A program made the translations under genes and the position numbers. The notes under the pieces are model-generated. The model saw only the letters and a program-made list of their open reading frames with translations, did no database searches and was not told the origin of the DNA. Positions 56,759 through 64,000 of a stretch of 64,000 bases of DNA are shown one piece after another; position 1 is the stretch's first letter, and every line of letters begins with the position of its first letter. The DNA comes from Deltaproteobacteria bacterium. Lineage in GTDB: Bacteria > Desulfobacterota > Syntrophorhabdia > Syntrophorhabdales > JANXAF01. The stretch is from NCBI GenBank assembly GCA_026417175.1, contig JAOADT010000001.1, positions 38,918 through 102,917 of the forward strand. The letters run 5' to 3'.

Positions 56759-57787
56759 ATGAAGAAGCTTTTGATCATACTAATCATAGCGAACTTACCT
56801 CTTTTGCTTTTGAAACTAGGTTTTCCGGGGAGCGCCTCAGCTCAGCAGATAACTCTAACCTATGCGAATTTTCCACCTGCCACTACATTTCCTTGCGTAC
56901 AAATGGAAAGGTGGGCCCGGGAAGTTGAAAAAAGAACAAACAACAAGGTGAAGGTTCAAACATTTCCTGGAGGAACGCTTCTCGGTGCTAGGAATATGTT
57001 TGAAGGTGTAATAGCAGGAACTGCAGACATAGGAAATTTTGCAATGAGTTACCACCCTGGAAGATTTCCTGTGACCGAAGCTATTGATTTACCTATTGGA
57101 TTCACAAGTGCAAGAGCTGCTAGCATGGCTTTACTTGAGCTTATTGAAAAATATAACCCTAAGGAATTCGAACAAGTAAAAGTAGTAACAGCTTTCACCT
57201 GCCCCCCGGCAGACTTTATGACAAAAACCCCCGTTAGATCATTAAAAGACATAAAGGGCATGGAACTAAGAGCCTCTGGAACAGGTGCAGAGGTCTTGAA
57301 AAGACTTGGCGCAGTGCCCGTCGGGATGCCCCAGTCCGAGGCACCGGAAGCAATCCAAAAAGGTGTAGTTAAAGGAAACGTTTCCTCTATGGAAATTCTT
57401 AAGGATTTTAACTTTGCCGCGTATTTACCCTATGCTACTGAGGCAAACCTCTTTGTAGTTAGCTTCGCAGTTGTTATGAACATGAAGAAGTGGAATTCCC
57501 TACCAGAGGACGTAAAGAAGGTTATAGATGATTTAAAAAAGGAACAGGCGGAATGGACAGCTACATACGTAGACAACCACGTAAAAGAAGCATTGAAATG
57601 GTCAAAAGAGCAATACAATCATCAACTTTTTAAACTGCCTCCTGAAGACATAGAGGAAATAAGAAGACTCACCAGACCTATGATTGATGACTACATAAAG
57701 AAGGTCACTGCTCAAGGGTTGCCAGGACGACAGATAATAGAGGATGTGTACAAATTAAAAGAAAAATACGAAAGGATCTATAAGTAA
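56759..57787 (+). CDS. TRAP transporter substrate-binding protein (DctP family)
   Basis: 342 aa. Signal peptide, then ITLTYANFPPATTFPCVQMERWAREVEKRTNNKVKVQTFPGGTL, typical of the DctP family. Confidence 0.88.
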   Translation: MKKLLIILIIANLPLLLLKLGFPGSASAQQITLTYANFPPATTFPCVQMERWAREVEKRTNNKVKVQTFPGGTLLGARNMFEGVIAGTADIGNFAMSYHPGRFPVTEAIDLPIGFTSARAASMALLELIEKYNPKEFEQVKVVTAFTCPPADFMTKTPVRSLKDIKGMELRASGTGAEVLKRLGAVPVGMPQSEAPEAIQKGVVKGNVSSMEILKDFNFAAYLPYATEANLFVVSFAVVMNMKKWNSLPEDVKKVIDDLKKEQAEWTATYVDNHVKEALKWSKEQYNHQLFKLPPEDIEEIRRLTRPMIDDYIKKVTAQGLPGRQIIEDVYKLKEKYERIYK

Positions 57788-57796
57788 TCTTTTCAT

Positions 57797-57823
57797 GCCC
57801 GCGGATAAAAGCATTCCGCGGGC
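57797..57823 (+). terminator. Intercistronic stem-loop between dctP-like and dctQ-like genes (partial terminator / mRNA stabiliser)
   Basis: GCCCGCGGA-taaaagcat-TCCGCGGGC: a perfect 9-bp GC-rich stem, followed by only a weak T-tract (GTCCCTTTATT). Confidence 0.55.
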
Positions 57824-57845
57824 GTCCCTTTATTCAGGAGGATAA

Positions 57846-58325
57846 ATGGATTCACTCAAAACAGTAGTTCACACTATAAACCGAATCTGTGCTTTCCTTG
57901 GTGGAATCTTTATAATTATCCTTACAACAATTGCCGCGGGTAATATGCTTTTGAGGATCATATATAGACCTATACATGGTTCTTACGAACTCATAGGGTT
58001 TTTTGGCGCAGCCTCTATCGGACTTGCTTTGGGGTACACACAGCTAAGAAAAGACCACATAATAGTTACAATCGTAAGCGACAGGTTTGGTAAAAAGACA
58101 AAGAAAATTATCGATCTTTTTTCAAACATGGTGAGTTCGCTTTTTTTTATTGTATGCGGTACAGAAACTTTGAAATGGGGATCAAGGCTTGCCAAATCTG
58201 GGGAACTTTCTGAAACCCTAAAAATACCGTACTATCCCTTCGTTTACTTGCTGGGGACGGGTTTTCTTATCATTGCTATTACACTCATCCTCGATTTCAT
58301 AATTGCGTTTGAGAGGAAAAAGTAG
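57846..58325 (+). CDS. TRAP transporter small permease (DctQ family)
   Basis: 159 aa with four hydrophobic segments. Lies between the DctP-like and DctM-like genes. Confidence 0.85.
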   Translation: MDSLKTVVHTINRICAFLGGIFIIILTTIAAGNMLLRIIYRPIHGSYELIGFFGAASIGLALGYTQLRKDHIIVTIVSDRFGKKTKKIIDLFSNMVSSLFFIVCGTETLKWGSRLAKSGELSETLKIPYYPFVYLLGTGFLIIAITLILDFIIAFERKK

Positions 58326-58326
58326 C

Positions 58327-59631
58327 GTGACACCTATAGACGGTCTCACATGGACTCTTTTAATGCTCTGCTCCATGCTTTTTTTGCGAATTCCAGTGGG
58401 CTTTGTACTCGGCATATTTGGATTCTTCGGCATTATCTACGGAGTCTCATTAAAGGCAGCTCTCAATATGGTGGGAACTGATCTTTGGCAGACCTTTTCA
58501 GCTTATGGCTTGACAGTAATACCAATGTTCATTTTGATGGGCCAGATATGTTTTTATTCGCAAGTAAACGAGAGGCTTTACAAAACTGCTTACAGTTGGT
58601 TTGGGAGTGTACGCGGAGGCCTTGCCATAACAACGATAATGGCATGTGCTGGATTTTCTGCGATATGCGGATCAAATACAGCAACAGCTGCAACCATGAC
58701 TGCTGTAGCCTTACCTGAAATGAAAAGATATAGGTACGATCCGCTTCTAATCTCAGGTTCTATAGCAGCAGGATCAACACTTGGAGTAGTAATCCCGCCG
58801 AGTGTTGTTCTTGTTGTTTACGGGATTTACACAGGTGTCTCTATAGGAAAACTGTTCTTCGGGAGTTTCATGCCAGGATTAATACTTGCAGGAATTATGG
58901 CTGGCACGGCATTTTTAATGTGTCTTTCTAGACCGAAACTTGGCCCTGGGGGTCCAAAAACATCCCTTTTAGGTAAGATAAAAGCCATTCCAGACGCGAT
59001 TGATATGGTTTTGCTTTTTGGAATCATAATGGTAAGTCTTTATGCGGGAATATTCACCCCCTCTGAAGCCGGTGCGGCAGGTTCTGTAGTTGCCATACTA
59101 ATAGGGATTTTTAGGAGAAAGTTGACGTGTGGTGCGTTCTTTAAAGCGATCGTTGATACACTGAGGGTGTCCTGTATGATATTTATGCTAATTGCGGGAG
59201 CTACACTATTTGGAAGATTTCTCGCCGTTACCAGGCTCCCTTACGTTGTAGCAGAGTGGGTAGCTTCTCTTCCATATCCTGCATGGGTCATCCTTTGGTC
59301 TATGTTAGTAATTTACATCATAGGTGGTTGTGTAATGGACGCTCTCGCATTTCTTCTCATCACTATTCCTATATTTTTTCCCGTTGCTCAAAAACTTGGC
59401 TATGATCCTATATGGTTCGGGGTGGTTCTCACAGTTGTGACAACTATGGGGGCGGTGACTCCACCCGTAGGAATATCTGCTTACATAGTATCGGGTATGT
59501 CAAAAGAAATCCCGCTGTCAGTAGTCTTTAAAGGGGTTCTTTTTTTTCTTCCTTCTTATATTCTAACCTTATTGATATTGAACTTATTTCCGTCTCTAGT
59601 TACTTTTTTTTCAGGGCTTGTAAAATACTGA
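58327..59631 (+). CDS. TRAP transporter large permease (DctM family)
   Basis: Polytopic membrane protein. Probable GTG start at 58327, 1 nt after the dctQ stop. The track start at 58303 lies inside dctQ. Confidence 0.88.
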   Translation: MTPIDGLTWTLLMLCSMLFLRIPVGFVLGIFGFFGIIYGVSLKAALNMVGTDLWQTFSAYGLTVIPMFILMGQICFYSQVNERLYKTAYSWFGSVRGGLAITTIMACAGFSAICGSNTATAATMTAVALPEMKRYRYDPLLISGSIAAGSTLGVVIPPSVVLVVYGIYTGVSIGKLFFGSFMPGLILAGIMAGTAFLMCLSRPKLGPGGPKTSLLGKIKAIPDAIDMVLLFGIIMVSLYAGIFTPSEAGAAGSVVAILIGIFRRKLTCGAFFKAIVDTLRVSCMIFMLIAGATLFGRFLAVTRLPYVVAEWVASLPYPAWVILWSMLVIYIIGGCVMDALAFLLITIPIFFPVAQKLGYDPIWFGVVLTVVTTMGAVTPPVGISAYIVSGMSKEIPLSVVFKGVLFFLPSYILTLLILNLFPSLVTFFSGLVKY

Positions 59632-60138
59632 TTAAGTTTTTATGAAAGTAGGTGCCCTTTCCTGCGTTTTTCCACCTTTGATTTTATGGTAATAATCATA
59701 GGTCATAGGGTCTGCCTCTGATATTATCTCTGCTTCCCGAACCCTTCCAAAAAATACCGTATGCGTTATAACATCTATTTCTTTTTCAAGTTCGCACTCG
59801 AAGTAGCCAACTGCGTAATCTAGAACAATGGGGCTTCCTATTACCCCAATTCGGTATTGTACTTTTTCAAATTTTTTAACCTCCCTCCCAGTTCTGAACC
59901 CCAGCCATCCTATAAACTCAAGAGGCGTATCCTTCGAAAGTATGGATATCGAAAATATCTTACTTGTTTCGATACACTCATGGGTCAAATTTTTCTTATT
60001 TATGCTTACTGCAATTATGGGCGGATCAGAAGCTACTTGAAAGACCGTGTTAGCTATTTGGCCATTTAAGAATTCCGGTTTTTTTGAAGCTACTACGTAA
60101 AGACCATAACTTATTTTTTGAAAAGTTTTAGTATTCAT
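59632..60138 (-). CDS. Flavin reductase-like domain protein
   Basis: 168 aa. ISYGLYVVASKKPEFLNGQIANTVFQVASDPPIIAVSINKKNLTHECI fits the flavin_reduct family. Confidence 0.75.
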   Translation of the reverse strand: MNTKTFQKISYGLYVVASKKPEFLNGQIANTVFQVASDPPIIAVSINKKNLTHECIETSKIFSISILSKDTPLEFIGWLGFRTGREVKKFEKVQYRIGVIGSPIVLDYAVGYFECELEKEIDVITHTVFFGRVREAEIISEADPMTYDYYHKIKGGKTQERAPTFIKT

Positions 60139-60167
60139 ATTATCCCCTTTCTAATTTAAATTCCTAT

Positions 60168-61796
60168 TTAAATTCCTAAAATGTCCCTTATTAATAAGTA
60201 TACAAATTCTTCTCCCAATTCTTCTTTTAGAACTGGAGAAACAATTACCCCGTGTACATTTTCTGGAATATGATTACACGATTTCTGAAAAAAACCGTAC
60301 CAAGTTCTTCCTTTTTTATCTCTTATTTTTAATCTCCCGTTTGATTCGAAAACAGCGTCTGGATAAAGTAAAAGCCGTGGATAGGGATTGCCTAAGCCAA
60401 ACGGTCCAAAAAGATCCAGCGCACGAATAGCTTCCCCCGTTAATTCATCAAATTCAGCCTCCGTATCAAAGAAAATTTTGGCTTTTTCACAAGAAAAAGA
60501 ACTTACAGCGTTCTCAAAAGCTTCAGAAAAACATTCCAGATTTTTTGGTGCTAGAGACAAACCACAGGCGTATCTGTGACCACCGTACTTGATCAAAAGA
60601 TGTGACATCGAAGATAGTGAACCATAAAGGTCGAATCCGTCAACACCCCTTCCAGAACCTTTAAGTATCCCATCAACTAACGTCAAAATGATAGTGGGCT
60701 TATTGTACATTTCAGCAACTTTTTGAGCAACTATCCCTATGACCCCGATATGCCAACCCTCGTCATAAAGAACAAGACTTTTATTTTTGTGCAGTTCTTT
60801 CTCATTAATAATGGTACTTACATCTTGAAGAATGTCTTCTTCTACTGTCTGCCTTATTCTGTTGGCCTCATTCAATTCATCAAGCAAAAGAAGCGACAAT
60901 TCGGCATCTTCCTGAATTAAGAATTCTACTGACTTTGCCGCATGGGAAATTCTTCCCGGCGCATTTATTCTTGGAATCACGATGAAACTCATCTGAAACT
61001 CATCTAGTCTTCTGTCTGGAAGGATTTTTGATTTGTAGAATGACTTTAGCCATTGTCTTGGCTTTTTTTTCATCATTTCCAGGCCAAATTTGGTTATTAT
61101 TCTGTTATCACCTGAAAGGGGTACCATATCTGCGATAGTTCCTAACGCAACAAGATCTAGTTCCTTCCTTAGATTTATTTTGTGATTAATAATACCTTTT
61201 TTCATAAGCTCCCTTCTTAAAGCGATGAGAAAGAAAAAAGTCACACCACAAGCTGCTAGATCTTTAGTAGGGAAAAGGGAGTCTCTTCTTTTAGGATTTA
61301 CAAAAGCACGTGCAGATGGATAACATTCTTTTACTTCATGGTGGTCGATAACAATCGTATCTATCCCAAGATTTTTAGCAAAATCTATTTCCTCAAAATT
61401 TGAGGATCCCAAATCTACCGCTATTAATAGCCTTATGCCTCTCTGTTTTAGCTCACTTAATGCATTTACATTAAGTCCGTATCCTTCATTTCTGGTAGGA
61501 ATGTAGAACTCTACAGGAAAACCTAGTTCCTTAAAGAAGTTAATACAGATCGCAACAGAAGTAACTCCGTCAGCATCATAATCACCGTAGATGCATATCT
61601 TCTCCCTATTGGTTATGGCTTTGACAACTCTTTCCACCGCTCGCTCTATGTCTGGAAGAAGGTAAGGATCCGACAGGTCTTTTAACTCAGGATAAAGAAA
61701 CTTCTTAACTTCTTCGATTGTCGTTATCCCTCTTGACAAAAGAATCCTAGTAACAAGTGGGGGAAGGTTTAGCCTTTCTTTAAGGTCTTCGCTCAA
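60168..61796 (-). CDS. recJ: Single-stranded-DNA-specific exonuclease RecJ
   Basis: 542 aa. DHH-family motifs (IYGDYDADGVTS, VIDHH) and DHHA1 (GGHRYACG). Confidence 0.92.
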   Translation of the reverse strand: MSEDLKERLNLPPLVTRILLSRGITTIEEVKKFLYPELKDLSDPYLLPDIERAVERVVKAITNREKICIYGDYDADGVTSVAICINFFKELGFPVEFYIPTRNEGYGLNVNALSELKQRGIRLLIAVDLGSSNFEEIDFAKNLGIDTIVIDHHEVKECYPSARAFVNPKRRDSLFPTKDLAACGVTFFFLIALRRELMKKGIINHKINLRKELDLVALGTIADMVPLSGDNRIITKFGLEMMKKKPRQWLKSFYKSKILPDRRLDEFQMSFIVIPRINAPGRISHAAKSVEFLIQEDAELSLLLLDELNEANRIRQTVEEDILQDVSTIINEKELHKNKSLVLYDEGWHIGVIGIVAQKVAEMYNKPTIILTLVDGILKGSGRGVDGFDLYGSLSSMSHLLIKYGGHRYACGLSLAPKNLECFSEAFENAVSSFSCEKAKIFFDTEAEFDELTGEAIRALDLFGPFGLGNPYPRLLLYPDAVFESNGRLKIRDKKGRTWYGFFQKSCNHIPENVHGVIVSPVLKEELGEEFVYLLIRDILGI

Positions 61797-62644
61797 TCAA
61801 AACTCCTTCTTTTTTTTAGTTCTTTAACTATTTTCGGAATAGTATTTGGGTAAACAAAAGTTGCTGTGCCTATTTGAACTGCCTTTGCTCCTGCCCGTAG
61901 AAAGGAAATAACATCTTCTGTGTTCATGATACCCCCAACCCCGATGATAGGGATTGGTACTGCTTTGGAACAGTCGTACACGGCCTTGAGTGCGATTGAT
62001 TTCAAAAAAGGGCCGGAGAGTCCACCTCTTATCACTCTGTTTTCTTCCAAAACAACGCCCGGAATTGTGTTGATAAGAGTTAAACCATCGGCACCAGCCT
62101 CAAAAGCGGCTTTAGCTAATTCTACAATATCTGTCACTTCCTGTGAGAGCTTTGCAATTACGGGAAAATTTGTCGCCGATTTTACACCTCTAATAATCCT
62201 AAATACCGTCTCAGGCTTTTTTCCAAAAAGGATTCCACCCGTTTTAACGTTTGGACAAGATAAGTTCACCTCAATAGCAAGAACAACAGGATTATCGCCA
62301 ATTGCCAGTGCACACTCAATGTATTCCTCTTCTGTAAATCCGAAAATGTTCACTACCACCGGAGTTTTTCTTTCTAAAAAAAACTCGGTGTACTCTTCTA
62401 AATACCTTTTTATTCCAATGTTTTGAAGGCCAATTGAGTTTAACATCCCACATCCTAAGTCAAAAATTCTCGGTTGGGGATTCCCCTGGCACGGGAGAAT
62501 GGAAAGTCCCTTCGTAACGAACGCCCCGAGTACTTTTATACTCCAAAGCCTCTCTATTTCCCTGCCATAACCCAGCGTTCCCGAAGCATTCATTACAGGA
62601 TTTCTTAGCTTTTTTCCGAAGATTTCTATAGCGATAGATCCCAT
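61793..62644 (-). CDS. pyrD: Dihydroorotate dehydrogenase, catalytic subunit (class 1B)
   Basis: 283 aa. NPVMNASGT..., NLSCPNV, and the GGI...GA..VQIGTA C-terminus. Confidence 0.9.
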   Translation of the reverse strand: MGSIAIEIFGKKLRNPVMNASGTLGYGREIERLWSIKVLGAFVTKGLSILPCQGNPQPRIFDLGCGMLNSIGLQNIGIKRYLEEYTEFFLERKTPVVVNIFGFTEEEYIECALAIGDNPVVLAIEVNLSCPNVKTGGILFGKKPETVFRIIRGVKSATNFPVIAKLSQEVTDIVELAKAAFEAGADGLTLINTIPGVVLEENRVIRGGLSGPFLKSIALKAVYDCSKAVPIPIIGVGGIMNTEDVISFLRAGAKAVQIGTATFVYPNTIPKIVKELKKRRSFD

Positions 62645-63384
62645 AGGTCGAATACGGGTCCTTCCAAACAGACCCTTTTCATAGGATGTTCTGCATTTTC
62701 AGTCTTAACCGCACATCCGAAACAGAGTCCCATTCCACACCCCATTTTTTCTTCCCAAAGGACCTGACACGGAACTCTGTAAGTCACCAGTACATTTTTC
62801 AAGCTAACATACATATCTTTTGGTCCACAGGCTAATATCTCGAAGTCTACCCCAGAAAAATAGTGAATATGTTGGGATAGACAGGATATTATATCTCCTT
62901 TATATCCAAAGCTTCCATCCATTGTTGCAATGATCGGATCATGACTTATAAGATTCCGAATTAAAGCGAGCCCTTTAGATGAGGACGTTCCGTAAAATAT
63001 TTGAAACCGACCTTTCATTCTTTCGATCAGGAGATTAACGCCGGCAATCCCGATTCCTCCAGCGACAATTACATAAAGATCTCTGTTTCTTAGGGCGAAA
63101 CCCCTCCCGAGGGGGCCAAGAAGTGAAATCTCTCTTCCTTTTTTCATTCTACTTAATAGATTTGTACCAAAACCTCTGACCTTATACATTATGGAAATAG
63201 TATCTTCACCCACCTTATAGAGTGTGAAGGGTCTTCTTAAGAAAACCTTCTTATCATCGATCATAACCATAACAAATTGCCCGGGAACCACATCGGGAAT
63301 TTTGGCTTTAACCTTCACCGTAAGTAAGAAATGTTTTTCCGTTAGCTCAATGTTTTCAAGTATTTTACCTAGTATGTGTTTCAT
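62626..63384 (-). CDS. pyrK: Dihydroorotate dehydrogenase electron-transfer subunit
   Basis: 252 aa. FAD/NAD ferredoxin-reductase fold and a C-terminal [2Fe-2S] motif MGCGMGLCFGCAV. Lies upstream of pyrD. Confidence 0.88.
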   Translation of the reverse strand: MKHILGKILENIELTEKHFLLTVKVKAKIPDVVPGQFVMVMIDDKKVFLRRPFTLYKVGEDTISIMYKVRGFGTNLLSRMKKGREISLLGPLGRGFALRNRDLYVIVAGGIGIAGVNLLIERMKGRFQIFYGTSSSKGLALIRNLISHDPIIATMDGSFGYKGDIISCLSQHIHYFSGVDFEILACGPKDMYVSLKNVLVTYRVPCQVLWEEKMGCGMGLCFGCAVKTENAEHPMKRVCLEGPVFDLWDLSL

Positions 63385-63866
63385 CCTTCCGCCGAAAAAG
63401 TAAGATACATAACTAACGCATCCTCACCGCTGTCCTCGTAATATCTTTTCCTTTTGCCCACTATTTTAAAGCCAGATTTTATGTAAAGTCGCAAAGCGAC
63501 CAAATTTTTCTCGCGCACCTCGAGAAATACATGTCTTATTCCTTTCTTTTGTAATGTATCCAAAGCGATAGATAAGAGCTCCGAACCATACCCTCGTCCT
63601 CTAAACCTTGGGTCCACAGCGAAGTTTAGAATATGACACTCGTCAGAAGCCAAAAGACACATTATGTATCCGATAAGCTCACCATCCACTTCTAGTCCTA
63701 GGTTGAAACCTAAAGGAGAGTTAATCTGAGTTTTGAGTGCCTCCTTGGTCCAGGGAGACGGAAAAGATGCTTTTTCTATCTGAAAAACTCTATTAAGATC
63801 GCTTAATGATACCACTTTTGTCCTTTTTGTTTTTTTTCTTTCCTCGATCTTATGGGTATTACCCAT
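63381..63866 (-). CDS. rimI: GNAT acetyltransferase, RimI-like (ribosomal-protein-alanine N-acetyltransferase)
   Basis: 161 aa. IEKASFPSPWTKEAL...ILNFAVDPRFRGRGYGSELL...LEVREKNLVALRLYIKSGF. Confidence 0.85.
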   Translation of the reverse strand: MGNTHKIEERKKTKRTKVVSLSDLNRVFQIEKASFPSPWTKEALKTQINSPLGFNLGLEVDGELIGYIMCLLASDECHILNFAVDPRFRGRGYGSELLSIALDTLQKKGIRHVFLEVREKNLVALRLYIKSGFKIVGKRKRYYEDSGEDALVMYLTFSAEG

Positions 63867-64000
63867 TATAGATGCTCTGATTTGGAAAATCTTATCAAAT
63901 CTTCCTTTGTATTTATATTTGTAAAGACAGAAATCGATCCATTGTAAAACCGTAAATTATTTTCCAAGATCCTAACCTGAAGATATGGGAAGATCGACTG
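63866..64000 (-). CDS. 3' end of an unidentified gene (5' part outside the window); position is compatible with tsaB but not demonstrable
   Basis: The minus-strand frame is open from 64000 and ends at TAA 63868..63866, overlapping the rimI ATG (TAATG). Only 44 codons are visible. Confidence 0.35.
   Translation of the reverse strand, partial: QSIFPYLQVRILENNLRFYNGSISVFTNINTKEDLIRFSKSEHL

Overview
This is a gene-dense, AT-rich bacterial chromosomal window with about 66 protein genes. I found no rRNA, tRNA, CRISPR array, IS element or prophage. The proteins are K/E/I-rich. That composition, the HdrA/MvhD/AOR modules and the heavy selenocysteine use suggest a strictly anaerobic, probably thermophilic bacterium; I cannot name the taxon from sequence alone.

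Main content:
1. Two diverged paralogous clusters link an AOR-family tungsto/molybdopterin enzyme to HdrD-like and HdrA-like Fe-S/flavin proteins. The copy at 25065..35353 is a complete eight-gene set with the gene order and domain content of bamBCDEFGHI (class II, ATP-independent benzoyl-CoA reductase), preceded by an IclR regulator. The copy at 1..6961 has an embedded fdhD and runs off the window.
2. Four selenoprotein genes carry five in-frame UGA codons: HdrA-like x2, MvhD-like, glutaredoxin-like, peroxiredoxin. Each UGA aligns with a redox Cys and is followed by a stem-loop.
3. An acyl-CoA dehydrogenase + EtfBA + FixCX electron-transfer cluster.
4. A Csu/SCPU-type chaperone-usher pilus operon whose usher gene is split by a frameshift at an A8 tract, which is also an A_AAA_AAG slippery heptamer.
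5. A small redox-defence island: CoA-binding protein, Sec-glutaredoxin-like protein, Isf-like::ArsC-like fusion, Sec-peroxiredoxin.
6. Housekeeping blocks: groES-groEL with a CIRCE operator, rpsU-yqeY-mutS2-dnaG-rpoD, xerC-hslVU, argBDFG, leuS-lptE, rpsT, a TRAP transporter, recJ, pyrDK and rimI.

Poorly understood modules worth follow-up are DUF89-DnaJ(class II)-unknown 259-aa protein, and a signal-less M23-like protein translationally coupled to a GNAT-like::DUF362 protein.
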